Origin: Octopus bimaculoides
Taxonomy: Eukaryota
Assembly (NCBI RefSeq): GCF_001194135.2
Contig: NC_068989.1
Span: forward strand, 77,581,163-77,645,162
Reading direction: 5' to 3'
Length of the DNA stretch: 64,000 bases
Part shown: in pieces, positions 1-13,243 of the stretch
How the letters are laid out: the number at the start of each line of letters is the position of its first letter
Position numbering within the stretch: position 1 is the stretch's first letter
Made by a program: the position numbers and the translations under genes
The notes under the pieces: model-generated
Database searches by the model: none
Told to the model about the DNA's origin: nothing
What the model saw: only the letters and a program-made list of their open reading frames with translations

Positions 1-197
1 GTGTCCCCCCCCCAACATCGTGTGTTTACATCGATACTGGTGTGTTTACGTCCCCGTAACTAAGCGGTTCGGCAAAAGAGGCTGATAGAATAAGTACTAG
101 GCATTCAAAGAATAAGTTCTGGGGTCGATTTACTCGACTAAAATCGGTGCTCCAGCATGGCCGCAGTCAAATGACTGAAATAATTAAAAAGAGTAAA
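1..197 (+). mobile_element. SINE family A, 3' half (bipartite tRNA-derived SINE)
   Basis: ccaacatcg...gcggttcggcaaaagag...ccagcatggccgcagtcaaatgactgaaa, recurring in >12 places in the window. Confidence 0.85.
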
Positions 198-642
198 GAT
201 ACATATATGCATAGCTGCACGCATACATATATGTGCATATGTGAGATACAAAGCGAATTAGCACAGTGCTAACATTTTGAACTAAAAGCTATCATCAGTA
301 GAGTCACGTATATATATGATTGGATATATTCACGCAGTTCGCCATACCAGCCGTCCATACCATCATACCATGGACACCACTTTCATTTAAGATAACTCAC
401 GGAAACACGGAAAAAAGAGTAGAAAATCACACACAAACACACACACACACACAAACACACACACATACACATTCGCACACACAACACACTCAAGCATGCC
501 AAGTGGGAAGGGTGTATTGATTCAAACCCACAATGGTATGCATTCATCGCATTAAATATGCATGCGGAGGCGTATGTGTGAGTATACAAATATAAACATA
601 TACACAAATATACACACAAATATGTATGCATGTATATATAGT

Positions 643-690
<48 letters not shown>

Positions 691-694
691 TACA

Positions 695-844
695 TTTGTT
701 TTAGTCATTTGACTGCGGCCATGCTGGAGCACCGCCGTTAGTCGAACAAATCGACACCAGGACTCATTCTTTGTAAGCCTAGTATTTATTCTATCAGCCC
801 ATTTTGCCGAACCGCTAGATTACAGGTACGTAAACACACCAGGA

Positions 845-882
<38 letters not shown>

Positions 883-1048
883 CGCACACATACGACAGGC
901 TTCTTTCAGTTTCCATCTACCAAATCCAAACACAAAGCTTTGGTGGTCCCGAGGCTATGATAGAAGACAGTTGTCCAAGGTGCCACACAGTGGGACTGGA
1001 CCTGGAACCATAGGTTGAGAAGCAAGGTTCTTACCACACTGCCACTCC
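695..1048 (-). mobile_element. SINE family A, full copy with central (CA)n
   Basis: Reverse complement of head gagtggcagtgtggtaagaacc...ggttccaggtccagtccc, central microsatellite and 3' half. Confidence 0.85.
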
Positions 1049-1101
1049 TATGGATATATATTATACACATACGTACATCTAAATATATATATATATACAC
1101 A

Positions 1102-1152
<51 letters not shown>

Positions 1153-1260
1153 ATGTATATTGACACACGTAAATTTAATATTTATAGCAATTGCTATCAA
1201 AATATATATACGAAGAATATATATATATATTTATTCTTCGTGTTGCTATCATTATTATAT

Positions 1261-1389
1261 CCGCTAAGGTCCACTTTGCCTTTCATTCTTTCGGGGTCGA
1301 TAAATTAAGTACCAGTGAAACACTGGGGTTGATGTAATCGACTTGTCCCCTCCACCGAAACTGCTGTCCTTGTGCCTATAGTAGAAAGG

Positions 1390-1390
<1 letters not shown>
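1261..1390 (+). mobile_element. Nin/Deu-domain-like SINE, 3' part with (ATT)n tail
   Basis: gcctttcattctttcggggtcgataaattaagtaccag resembles the Deu/Nin central SINE domain; recurs many times in the window. Confidence 0.75.
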
Positions 1391-1424
<34 letters not shown>

Positions 1425-1838
1425 CATTTCTTAAAGGTGTCTGATTTGGCCCTACACAACTTCATAGGATGGTCACGTCGGGCTTACGGAAGCCTAGGAA
1501 CTTTTAAGTTGCATGTGGTTAGATCAGAGCGTTTTAAATAACAATATATGCAAACCTACTAAATGTGTTGAGTATCTCTTTCTTTCGTTTGCCCACTCAC
1601 ACATATGTATTTACACANNNNNNNNNNNNNNNNNNNNNNNNNNNNNNNNNNNNNNNNNNNNNNNNNNNNNNNNNNNNNNNNNNNNNNNNNNNNNNNNNNN
1701 NNNNNNNNNNNNNNNNNNNNATATATATGCTAAAAGCGAATCACATTAGAATAGCCCTTCAAAAATTATTACACTGGCAGTGCTCCAGCATGGCCACAGC
1801 CTCTGGGCTGAAAAGTATAAAAATTTAAAGAATTTTGT

Positions 1839-1869
<31 letters not shown>

Positions 1870-1873
1870 TATG

Positions 1874-1907
<34 letters not shown>

Positions 1908-2266
1908 TGTGTGGTGGAAGAAGTTTACTTCCCGACGCCATAATTCCAAGTTCAGTTTTTGTGCGTGGAACATTCGGCATGTGTTTTCTAGTTTAGCCTA
2001 AGGCCGAAGAAAGCTTTGTGAGTGAATTTGGTAGACAGAAGCTTAAAGAAGAAATCATATAAATATATATATATATTTATGCGTGTGTTGACAAACGCTT
2101 GACAACCAGTATTGGTATTTCCGTCCCTGGAACTTAGCAGTTCGGCAAAAGTGTTCGACAGGATAAGTACCAGGGTTTCAAAAAATCCTGGTGTCGATTT
2201 GTTCGACTAAAACCCTTCAAGGTGGTACCCCAGCATGGCCGCAGTCAATGACTAAAGTAAAAGAAA
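1908..2266 (+). mobile_element. SINE family A, diverged full copy
   Basis: Both halves align by eye to other family A copies. Confidence 0.75.
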
Positions 2267-2283
2267 AAACATGTTTGTAAGCG

Positions 2284-2483
2284 CAGGAGTGGCTGTGTGG
2301 TACGATGCTTGCTTCCCAACCACATGATTCCAGGTTCAGTCCCACTGCGTGGTACCTTGAACAAGATTCTTCTGGTATAGTCACGGGCCGACCTAAGCCT
2401 TGTGAGTGGATTTGGTAGACGGAAACTGAAAGAAGCCTGTCGTGTATATATATATATATATATACACATATATATATATATAT

Positions 2484-2522
<39 letters not shown>

Positions 2523-3123
2523 NNNNNNNNNNNNNNNNNNNNNNNNNNNNNNNNNNNNNNNNNNNNNNNNNNNNNNNNNNNNNNNNNNNNNNNNNNNNNN
2601 NNNNNNNNNNNNNNNNNNNNNNNNNNNNNNNNNNNNNNNNNNNNNNNNNNNNNNNNNNNNNNNNNNNNNNNNNNNNNNNNNNNNNNNNNNNNNNNNNNNN
2701 NNNNNNNNNNNNNNNNNNNNNNNNNNNNNNNNNNNNNNNNNNNNNNNNNNNNNNNNNNNNNNNNNNNNNNNNNNNNNNNNNNNNNNNNNNNNNNNNNNNN
2801 NNNNNNNNNNNNNNNNNNNNNNNNNNNNNNNNNNNNNNNNNNNNNNNNNNNNNNNNNNNNNNNNNNNNNNNNNNNNNNNNNNNNNNNNNNNNNNNNNNNN
2901 NNNNNNNNNNNNNNNNNNNNNNNNNNNNNNNNNNNNNNNNNNNNNNNNNNNNNNNNNNNNNNNNNNNNNNNNNNNNNNNNNNNNNNNNNNNATATATATA
3001 TATATACACATATATATATATATACACACACATATATATATATACACATATATATATATGTTAAAAATGGAGAGGAGAAGATGTTAAAATTTTTAAAAGA
3101 ATTTTAATACATGCGTACAATCG

Positions 3124-3180
<57 letters not shown>

Positions 3181-3395
3181 GCGTGTCTGTTTGTCCTCAC
3201 CCCACCGTCGCTTGACAACCGATTTTGGTGTGTCTACGTCCCAGCATCTTAGCGTTGCGGTTCGTCAAATGAAACCGATAGGAGAATAGTAGGCTTACAA
3301 AGAATAAGTACTGGGGTCGATTTGTTCGAGTAAGGCCGGTGTTCCAGCATGGCCGCAGTCAAATAACTGAAACATGTAAAAGAATAAAAGAATAA
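2284..3395 (+). mobile_element. SINE family A: 5' half (2284-2442) and 3' half (3185-3395) separated by (TA)n, an N-gap and (TG)n
   Basis: caggagtggctgtgtggta...gaaactgaaagaagcctgtcg, then cgcttgacaacc...ccagcatggccgcagtc. Confidence 0.75.
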
Positions 3396-3454
3396 ATGAC
3401 TATATATGTGTGCATTGTACGCCAGCAAACATATAGTAAGCCTTACACCTATTT

Positions 3455-3783
3455 AAAAACCTTCTTCGGTCACGTATGACCATAGAACTGCACCTCAGGT
3501 GCCCCCCCCCCTGTCCTGAGGGACAAATCTGGACGAGGCTGTTTATAGAAGGCCAGTAGTTACCCGTGCATACCAGCCTCTCCTCTCCACACCACCGATA
3601 TTGTCCAATGGAAAAGGAAAAGGGGCCGATACAGTTTGGCACCAGTGACGCCACAACTCATTTCTACACTTGAGTGAACTGGAGCAACATAAAATAAAAT
3701 GTCTTGCTCAAAAACAACAACGCACTACCTGGTCCGGGAATCGAACTCACTGCCTCATGATTGTGAGCCCGATGCTCTAACCA
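3455..3783 (-). mobile_element. SINE family B (tRNA head plus gcaagacact-type central domain)
   Basis: Minus strand has A box ggttagagcatcggg and B box gagttcgattcccgg; second copy follows at 3962-4273. Confidence 0.75.
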
Positions 3784-3961
3784 CACACACACACACCCAC
3801 ATATATGCATGTATGCATATACATATATACACATACACACACACAAACATATCTATGTGTAAAGTAACAGTTTTAGAGAAAAACCATTGGTTTCATATGT
3901 AGCGTGAACTAGACATTTCTTTAGTTTCTTTCAACGATAACTGTTCTGTGTGTGTATATAT

Positions 3962-4273
3962 TAGGGACCCCCATTCGGTCATGAGCGACCATGGCCTTGA
4001 ACATTCATTCCCTTCTGATGAACAAGTGAGGGTAAGTTGTTAATGGAAGACCACCAGTCACCCATGCTTACGCGCTTTCCTTCTCCATGCCACCGATATT
4101 GTCCAAGGGAAAGGTAAAAGCCTATGCCGTTTTGCACCAGTGACGTCACATTTTATTTCTACAGCTGAGTGAACTGCAGCGACATGAAATAAAGCGTCTT
4201 GCTCAAGAACACAATGCACAACTCGGTCCGGGAATCGAACTCAACCACACGATTGTAAGCCCGACGCTCTAAC
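3962..4273 (-). mobile_element. SINE family B, second tandem copy
   Basis: Shares ccaccgatattgtccaa...gcaccagtgacg...gagtgaactg...gtcttgctcaa...ccgggaatcgaactc with 3455-3783. Confidence 0.75.
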
Positions 4274-5070
4274 TATATACACACACACACACATACATAC
4301 ACGCACACACACACACACACACACACGTTCACTAACACACACATACTCACACATGCGCGCGCACACTCATAAATAGATACAAAGTGGAGAGACGGGAGGG
4401 GAACATTTGTGAGAAGTAATAAAAGCCAGTAAATGCGTGTTGAGGGCAATGTATGAGTGTACGCGTGTATACCTGTCTAAAATAGAGAAAACCCAGATTT
4501 CTTCATGCATCCACTAACATAGAATGCTGTAAGATATAACGCAAAGATGTACATCTGAAGAAAGCCACAAACAAATGAAACGAAAAACATTTATAGCTTG
4601 TGAGAGGAATTTTATCAGAGGTACGTTTCCTGTCTTTGAATGCGAGTTTTGTGTGCGTGCGTGTGTATGTGTGCGTGTGTATGTGTGTGTGCGTGCGTGT
4701 GTATGTGTGCGTGTGTATGTGTGTGTGCGTGTGCATATATATNNNNNNNNNNNNNNNNNNNNNNNNNNNNNNNNNNNNNNNNNNNNNNNNNNNNNNNNNN
4801 NNNNNNNNNNNNNNNNNNNNNNNNNNNNNNNNNNNNNNNNNNNNNNNNNNNNNNNNNNNNNNNNNNNNNNNNNNNNNNNNNNNNNNNNNNNNNNNNNNNN
4901 NNNNNNNNNNNNNNNNNNNNNNNNNNNNNNNNNNNNNNNNNNNNNNNNNNNNNNNNNNNNNNNNNNNNNNNNNNNNNNNNNNNNNNNNNNNNNNNNNNNN
5001 NNNNNNNNNNNNNNNNNNNNNNNNNNNNNNNNNNNNNNNNNNNNNNNNATTGTGTATAGAGGAATATATT

Positions 5071-5363
5071 ATTTTGTTTAAAAGAGTTCCAACACTGTCT
5101 GTTTTTTATGTTTTATTTATATTCCTGCAGAACCAATGTGGGGTATAGAATATGGAATATACAATATATAATATAATATACAATATATAATATAAAATAA
5201 AATAAAATAAAAATTGAATAAAAATGGATGGCACCATGAAATAAAGTATTGAATGTAGATGAAATATTGAGTGTTCAATATAAAGGATCAAATATATAAA
5301 TATCAATATGTAAAGGCGACTCGAGTTTCAGGGCTATTTCCCTTCGTCATGGCCGGTATGACA
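5071..5363 (-). mobile_element. AT-rich interspersed repeat with 5' hammerhead-like motif (probable Penelope-type pseudo-LTR), copy 1
   Basis: Close match to 45457-45753 (attttgtttaaaagagttccaacac ... catggccggtatgaca). Confidence 0.7.
5315..5354 (-). ncRNA. Minimal type I hammerhead-like motif with non-canonical core
   Basis: Minus strand GGC-C-A-UGACGA-AGGG(AAAUAG)CCCU-GAA-ACUCGAGU-C-GCC: 4-bp helix II, palindromic helix III, GUC triplet, 3-bp helix I. Confidence 0.6.
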
Positions 5364-5478
5364 GACTTTAATATATATATACCTATGTATACATATATAC
5401 ACATATACATATATAGATACATATAAATATACATAAATATGTATGCATACGTATATACACATATACAAATATGAATAC

Positions 5479-5661
<183 letters not shown>

Positions 5662-5860
5662 ATTTTCTCAGATCTCCCTAAATTCCCGAACTCATGCAAA
5701 ACATATCCTTTTATATTGGAACATACATACATACAATCACCCGCGCGCGCACACAAACACACACACACACATACACACGCACGCACATATGTCAGTGACA
5801 CTCTTTAACAACCATCAACAGTCGCTCTGAATATGTGTGTGTGCACATATATACATATGT

Positions 5861-5903
<43 letters not shown>

Positions 5904-6614
5904 CACTCTCACGCGCACATACACGCGCGCACACACTTGATAAGATGTGAAGTCTGGCCAATTAAATTGAATATGTGCAGCTGATAAGATTTGAAAAGAC
6001 TGAAGTATGTCTGTGGTATTTTATCATTTGGCACTAAAAGCAAGATCCATTCACATCAACATTGTATATAGTTTTCTTCTGAAATCTAAGCTACCTGACA
6101 CATTTAGCGGGAGATTTTGTTATCTATCTGCAAGGATAATCTCAGGTTATTGACTTATTTTCGAATCACAACATTACATATGAAACTCNNNNNNNNNNNN
6201 NNNNNNNNNNNNNNNNNNNNNNNNNNNNNNNNNNNNNNNNNNNNNNNNNNNNNNNNNNNNNNNNNNNNNNNNNNNNNNNNNNNNNNNNNNNNNNNNNNNN
6301 NNNNNNNNNNNNNNNNNNNNNNNNNNNNNNNNNNNNNNNNNNNNNNNNNNNNNNNNNNNNNNNNNNNNNNNNNNNNNNNNNNNNNNNNNNNNNNNNNNNN
6401 NNNNNNNNNNNNNNNNNNNNNNNNNNNNNNNNNNNNNNNNNNNNNNNNNNNNNNNNNNNNNNNNNNNNNNNNNNNNNNNNNNNNNNNNNNNNNNNNNNNN
6501 NNNNNNNNNNNNNNNNNNNNNNNNNNNNNNNNNNNNNNNNNNNNNNNNNNNNNNNNNNNNNNNNNNNNNNNNTGTACATACCTACATCTACATGTATATA
6601 TAGATGCATATCTG

Positions 6615-6720
6615 GGTACAGGACGTAGCAAAAAAAAACGTGGACAAAATGATAAACGGAGAACAGAAAGGATACAGGCCACATAGAGAACATTTCCTTC
6701 ATCAGCTACCGCCATTCTAA
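6615..6720. repeat. Microsatellite-anchored repeat family D (tacaggacgt...), related copies at 44259-44350 and 46104-46290
   Basis: Each copy starts with g-tacaggacgt/tacaagacgt just after a CA/TA tract; 44.3 kb and 46.1 kb copies align over ~80 bp. Confidence 0.55.
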
Positions 6721-7424
6721 TATATATATATATATATATTTCTAAACTCAAACATATACACTCACGTATGCGTACAGAACTACAAAAAACACACGCACAT
6801 AGATTCAGTAATGTCTCGGTATGCGAGTTGATTTGTTCCCGGAGTCCGCTCGTAATGCGAAAACTCATACATCAGAGTAATAATTTCTCATAGTAACAAT
6901 GTTATAAGTCGTAATTCGTTCACAGGAAAATATTTTTCCCATAAAATTTATAATGCTCGTAAATAAATGGCAATAAAACAACAGTAAAATGTAAAGAATA
7001 TTTTAGGTAAAGTAAAAAGAATGTCAAGATCGTTTATAATAAAAGATATTGTAATCGTTTTCTGAACCGCTTTTACTCGCGCTAGACTCGCGCACAACAA
7101 TCACTTGTAAACGCGACAGCCGATTTACAAGCACTCGTAGGCGAGCTTGTAGATTTCTTTTTAAAAAAAACAAGTCTAGAGTTGTTTGGTTAGAAGAAGC
7201 TTGTTTTCGCTTTCAGAACCAGTGTTGCCACATGCTACGATTTTGCTCCTCCCCCCACACACACACACTCACACACACACAAACACAAAATGGATGTTTA
7301 ATCTTTATATATTTATTATAAAATAAAACTCGTAAACCCGGTGTCTCGTAAAGCGGGGTCCTCGTAAAGTGAGTCATCTTTATATCAATAACCAATTGGG
7401 CATGTGACGATGAGAATACACATA

Positions 7425-8006
7425 TTATTTTCTACTCTAGGCACAAGGCCTGAAATTCTTGGGGAGGGAGCCAGTCTAGATCGACCTCAGTACGCAACTG
7501 GTAATTAATTTATCGACCTCGGCGAAATTTGAACTCAGAACATATGACATGAAATACCGCTAAGCATTTTGCCTAGCGTGCTAACGTTTCTTATTTCATT
7601 ATTGCCCACAAGGGGCTAAACATAGAGGGGACAAACAAGGACAGACAAGGAGATTAAGTCGATTACATCGACCCCAGTACGCAGCTGGTACTTAATTTAT
7701 CGACCTCGAAGGATGAAAAGCAAAGTCGACCTCGAATGAATTTGAACTTAGAACGTAACGGTAGACGAAATACCTATTTCTGTATTGCCCACAAGAGGCT
7801 AAACATAGAGGGGACAAACAAGGACAGACAAACGGGTTAAGTCGATTACATCGACCCCAGTGCGTAACTGGTACTTAATTTATCGACCCCGAAAGGATGA
7901 AAGGCAAAGTCAACCTCGGCGGAATTTGAACTCAGAACGTAACGGCAGACGAAATACCGCTAAGCATTTCGCCCGGCGTGCTAACGATTCTGCCAGCTCG
8001 CCGCCT
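7425..8006 (-). mobile_element. Trimeric Nin/Deu-like SINE composite
   Basis: Three successive units, each with tggtacttaatttatcgacc (or a variant); complete head at 8006. Confidence 0.85.
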
Positions 8007-9292
8007 TCGAGAATGGATATATTGTATGCTCCATCATGAATTACTTATATTTTAGTCTCGTTCTTCTGGGTTGGCCTTCATTTTCGTAAAATAGAAAGTG
8101 TTAGTGGATTTATAGTCTGTGGGGTTCCCTTTGGTTTTCTTCATAGGTAACCTAATTAGGCTTTAACAATGCTTAAATGTTGGTGTCTAGATTTGGGAGG
8201 TTCTGTGGCGTATATAGTCGTATACATTCAAACGGACATACGTATATCTGTTTGTGAGTGTACGTCTTTCATGCGTGCGTACGTGTTTGTGTGTGAGTGT
8301 ATGCGTGTGCGTGTACCGCACTAATATCGAATGAAGTGCACTCAAAACGGAAATAGATTCTAGAATGTTCTACATTCGCCGGAACCAGAGCTCGTCCAGT
8401 AGCATGGCTTTCAAGAACCCCGAAGAAAAAGTACATCGCGAACTTTCAGTCTGCAACTCTCAATAATCGAAATGTCTTGCAAAAAATCGCTTCCGATCTG
8501 ATTCCGGCAGATCTAACAATATATATGTGTGTGTGTGTGTGCGTGTGCGTGTGCGTGCGTGCGTGCGTGTGCGTGCGTGCGTGTGCGTGTGCGTGTGTGT
8601 GTGTGTGCGCGCTTGAGTGTAGCAGTGCAAATGAGATGTTCACAACGCTACTGAGTTCGATCCCGTTGCAGGAACCACAGCGCTAAGTTAATGTGATCAG
8701 AAGAAGGTTCATGCATACATACATATACATATACACCGGTATGGATTCTTACGTTCCCGGTACGGTATGGCTTATCCTGATCATTTCAATTTATAGCTAA
8801 CCTTATTATCGTCCAAATTCTGGATAAAATAGCTAATGATGTAGAATGCATTTGTCCCAAGTTAGCGAAGTAACCACGCATAGAAATGCGTTGTTTAAAT
8901 GCGTTAACTGTGGTGCCTATTTTGATATTTACTATTAGTTTGTGTTAACGTCTCGCGTTTATATTCAACGTTCTTATGCATGCATTACCCGCCCAGTAGC
9001 AAATCCATAGGGTTTACGTTTCTCAAAGCTTATCAAGAATATATACATATAAACTTATATTTAATATATCCAATTTGTTTATTTGCATAATTATGTCTAT
9101 ATTTGCTCAACTTGATGCTTCTTATAGCCATTCTTTATGCTGTAGAATTAATCCTCTGTAAAGTCATCGGAGTCTAAGTTCGAATCATTTGAGCACTACT
9201 GTCTTCTATACTGAAAATCTCTGGAACTCACATGTTGACTTAATATATATATATATACATATATATATAAGAGCCCAAAGTTTACGTACGCC

Positions 9293-9330
<38 letters not shown>

Positions 9331-9747
9331 GAAAACAAGCAATGTTAATTCTCTAAATTTGTTTTCACTTGTTCGATATCAGTGAAGAATTTCACTGGAA
9401 ATATACATACATACATTATATATANNNNNNNNNNNNNNNNNNNNNNNNNNNNNNNNNNNNNNNNNNNNNNNNNNNNNNNNNNNNNNNNNNNNNNNNNNNN
9501 NNNNNNNNNNNNNNNNNNNNNNNNNNNNNNNNNNNNNNNNNNNNNNNNNNNNNNNNNNNNNNNNNNNNNNNNNNNNNNNNNNNNNNNNNNNNNNNNNNNN
9601 NNNNNNNNNNNNNNNNNNNNNNNNNNNNNNNNNNNNNNNNNNNNNNNNNNNNNNNNNNNNNNNNNNNNNNNNNNNNNNNNNNNNNNNNNNNNNNNNNNNN
9701 NNNNNNNNNNNNNNNNNNNNNNNNNNNNNNNNNNNNNNNNNNNNNNN

Positions 9748-9832
<85 letters not shown>

Positions 9833-10673
9833 CGTAAGGGGTTTCCGTAAACTGATTTAAAGTAATAGGTATGTACTATGAGTGCTCCGTTTGGTTTGCC
9901 ACTAAAAACACCGGTCTGAACTGCAACTGAACATGTGATGTTGAGACTGCATATCAGAAGCGGTTATAGGTGGTTATGCCTTGAGCAAATAGATATAGAG
10001 TAAAGTGAAAATGAAAAGACAAATTATATTGTTTACTTTTTCCATTTTCACTTTCACACACACACACACACACATGCTTTACGTATCCAGCTCTTTTTTT
10101 CCTCTTCTTTGTAAACCAACTAACTTCCATCAATAGACTGATGTCTTTCAAGAAACGACCTATGTAGCATGGGTAGAGTTGAATATATCTAATCAAATAT
10201 TTTGCAGTTACTTTGTTTCATCGATCTCTGAGGCATAAAAGTAAGAAGAGACCTCGGCTGGATATGAAGTCAGAAACTAAAGAGTTAAGGCTCAAATATC
10301 GCACGGTATTTTGTCCGACTCTATTATGATTCTGCTAATCCAATGTACTATTTGCGAAGAAAGAAATTAGCCTTGAAGACATCTGATGTACCTAATTCTT
10401 GTAGAACAAAAAATTGGAAGAAAATTGATTTTTAAGATGCATCTAGAAGTTGATACTCGAAAGAAAATTCTTGAAGTACTGAACCAACCAGCTACTATAA
10501 TAATACTCTTGTGTTTTTCTCCATCACAACATATGAATGAGAAAGGAAGGGGTGATAGATGAATAAGGAAGGAAGGGGTAACGGCAAACGAGAAGGGGAT
10601 GATGGAATAATATCAATCGGTGTTCCAACTCTGTGTGAGTATATGTGTATATATGTAAAAGGGAGGTATGTGA

Positions 10674-10705
<32 letters not shown>

Positions 10706-10844
10706 TATGGAAGTGGGATGGTGAACATTCAAAGCTGGAAAGAAAAATCAAACAGCTTTTCAACTCTACGTGATTATATGTGTGTATGTATGTACGTGTA
10801 CAAGGGAAGAATTTGAATGTTTGTATCTGTGAACCAGCGTTCTT

Positions 10845-11143
10845 TCAGTCCAGAGACGACCACTAGATAACATTGACAAGTGTATTAATTTGATTTACCA
10901 TTCATATTCTATCTGTTGTGTTAAAAATAATTATTACACTCACACACACTTATACAAATATATACAGGCGTGGGAGTGGCTGTGTGGTAAGTAGCTTGCT
11001 TTCCAACCACATGGTTCCGGGTTCAGTCCCATTGCGTAGTACCTTGGGCAAGTGTCTTCTACTATAGCCTCGGGCCGACCAAAGCCTTGTGAGTGGATTT
11101 GGTAGACGGAAACTGAAAGAAGCCTGTCATATATATATGTCTG

Positions 11144-11187
<44 letters not shown>

Positions 11188-11750
11188 TGTCTTGTAACTT
11201 AGTGGTTCGGCAAAAAGAGACCGATAGAATAAGTACTAGGCTTACAAAGAATAAGTCCTGGGATCGATTTGCTCGACTAAAAGCGGTGCTCCAGCATGTA
11301 CGCAGTCAAATGACTGAAACAAGTAAAAGAGAGTAAAGAGTAATATACAAAACTTATTAGAGGAAATAATTATTGCCCGAGTTTGTCAAGAATATAAAAC
11401 AACTGCAGTTGAAAGGTATATTATAAATGCACATTTTAATTCAACAGTTTATACATGTCCTTTATTTATATCAAGACAATTTTACCCAGTGTTGTTGCAG
11501 TAGTTATAAATAAACTAACCGGCGTTCTTTCAGTAATTAACGATGATCGATGTCACATCTCAAAATACAAACACTAGAAAACATTGAGAAGTGTGTTAAT
11601 TTGAATTACCATCCATATTCTATCGGTTGTGTTACAAATAATTATTACAATCACACACATCTTCACAAACATATACAAACTCAAAGTAATTATTGCCTGA
11701 GTGTATCAAGAATATTAAACGACTGCAGTTGAAAGGTATATTACAAATTT
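10845..11750 (+). repeat. Local tandem duplication (~230-bp unit); first copy interrupted by a family A SINE
   Basis: cgttctttcagt...cactaga..aacattga..agtgt.ttaatttga and aattattgcc.gagt...ctgcagttgaaaggtatatta occur twice. Confidence 0.75.
10966..11340 (+). mobile_element. SINE family A, full well-preserved copy
   Basis: Head gagtggctgtgtggtaagtagc...ggttccgggttcagtccc, central (TA)/(TG)n, tail gtaaaagagagtaaagag. Confidence 0.9.
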
Positions 11751-12262
11751 GGTAAGAAAAGAATTATTAAACTAAAAACTTGGCTTTGTACTTTATTTAT
11801 ATATAAAATACTACAATTAACAGTAATTTTTTTTTTTTTACGGCAAGAGGCCAGCTAGTAATAGTTTCAAATGTAGGCACAAGTTCTGGAATTTCGGTTA
11901 GGAATTTGGTATATACCATTGACTTCAGTTCTTGACATTTACTTCATTTTATCCACCCTGGAGGTTTGAAATGGGGAAGTTAACACCAGCGGGAACTCGT
12001 CTAAGAAAAATTAAGGATACCTCGAAAATATATAGTAAAAGAATGCATAATGGTTCCTGATATAGGCACAGTGCCAGCAATTTCTTAAGGAAGACGGTTA
12101 GACGATATCAACGATACCAGCACTTGACTTGCGCTTTATGTTTCGGACCTTAGAGAAATGACAGGCAAAGGTGATTCGCTGGGATTTGAACTCATTTTAA
12201 CAAGGAATAATAATAATAATAATAATAATAATGATAATATTAATAATAATAATAATAATAAT

Positions 12263-12450
12263 ATCTCGTGAAGTACGTGGAACAAATAGGGGCTGAAATA
12301 AGGGTGGAGCACTTGTAGAAAACAGCACTGCTTGGAACCGCTTGAATACTCTGGAAGGAGCTCGAAAAATAAGAGGAGTTACCTTAGTTCACTGGTAGTG
12401 AACAGATGACACTGTAATACATCTCCAGCGTTAGAAGCTGTGCAAAAGCC
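12263..12450 (+). mobile_element. 3' end of R4/Dong-like non-LTR retrotransposon within (AAT)n
   Basis: Translates LVKYVEQIGAEIRVEHL*KTALLGTA*ILWKELEK*, matching the QKxALLGTARILRKVL C-terminus of RLE-type elements; (AAT)n on both sides. Confidence 0.75.
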
Positions 12451-12514
12451 AATACTACTACTACTACTACTACTACTAATAATAATAATAATAATAATAA
12501 TAGTAATAATAATA

Positions 12515-12726
12515 CTTTCTAACACAGGCAGAGTGTCACAAATTTTGGGGAGGGGTTGATTTCATCGATCTCATTGGCTAAAATTTCGTCTGATTACTTT
12601 ATGCTGTCGACTCGGAAGGTTCAAAGGTAAAGTTGACCTCGGCGGGATTTGAACTCAGAACTTAAACAGTACTCTAAATAAACAAATACCTGAGCAAGGA
12701 AGAGTAGTAGTAGTAGAAGTAGTTTC

Positions 12727-12770
<44 letters not shown>

Positions 12771-12980
12771 CTTTTCTCCTATATGCAGAAGGCTTGAAAC
12801 TGGTGGAGAGGGGCCAATCGATTACTTCGACTCCAGTGTCCAGCTCGTACAATTTTTATCGTCTTCCAAAGGATCAATTGCAAAGTGGACCTCGGAGGAA
12901 TTTGAACTCAGAATGTAAAGACGGACGAAAGACGCTGAGTATTTCGCCCGGCGTGCTAACGATTCTGCCAGCTCGCTACC

Positions 12981-13030
<50 letters not shown>

Positions 13031-13243
13031 CCTTTTTACTATAGGCAGAAAGCCTGAAATTTGGGGAGGGGGATAGTCGATTATATTGACCCCAATACTG
13101 AACTCGCACTTAATTTATTGACCCCGAAAGGATGAAAGGCAAATTCGACCTTGGCGGAATTTGAACTCAGAACGTAAAGACAGACGAAATACCGCTAAGC
13201 ATTTCGCCCGACGTGCTAACGAGCCTGCCAGCTCTCCGCCTCA
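12515..13243 (-). mobile_element. Cluster of three Nin/Deu-like SINEs (12515-12662, 12770-12982, 13031-13243) separated by (AAT)n
   Basis: Each has gacctcggcgg(a/g)atttgaactcagaa or a variant; two keep the head gattctgccagctcgc or a variant. Confidence 0.8.

Noticed and set aside
255-305. Minus-strand CUGAUGA...CAAAAUGUU resembling a CpG-decayed hammerhead
   Set aside because: G12 is absent, helix II is weak and helix I is out of register.
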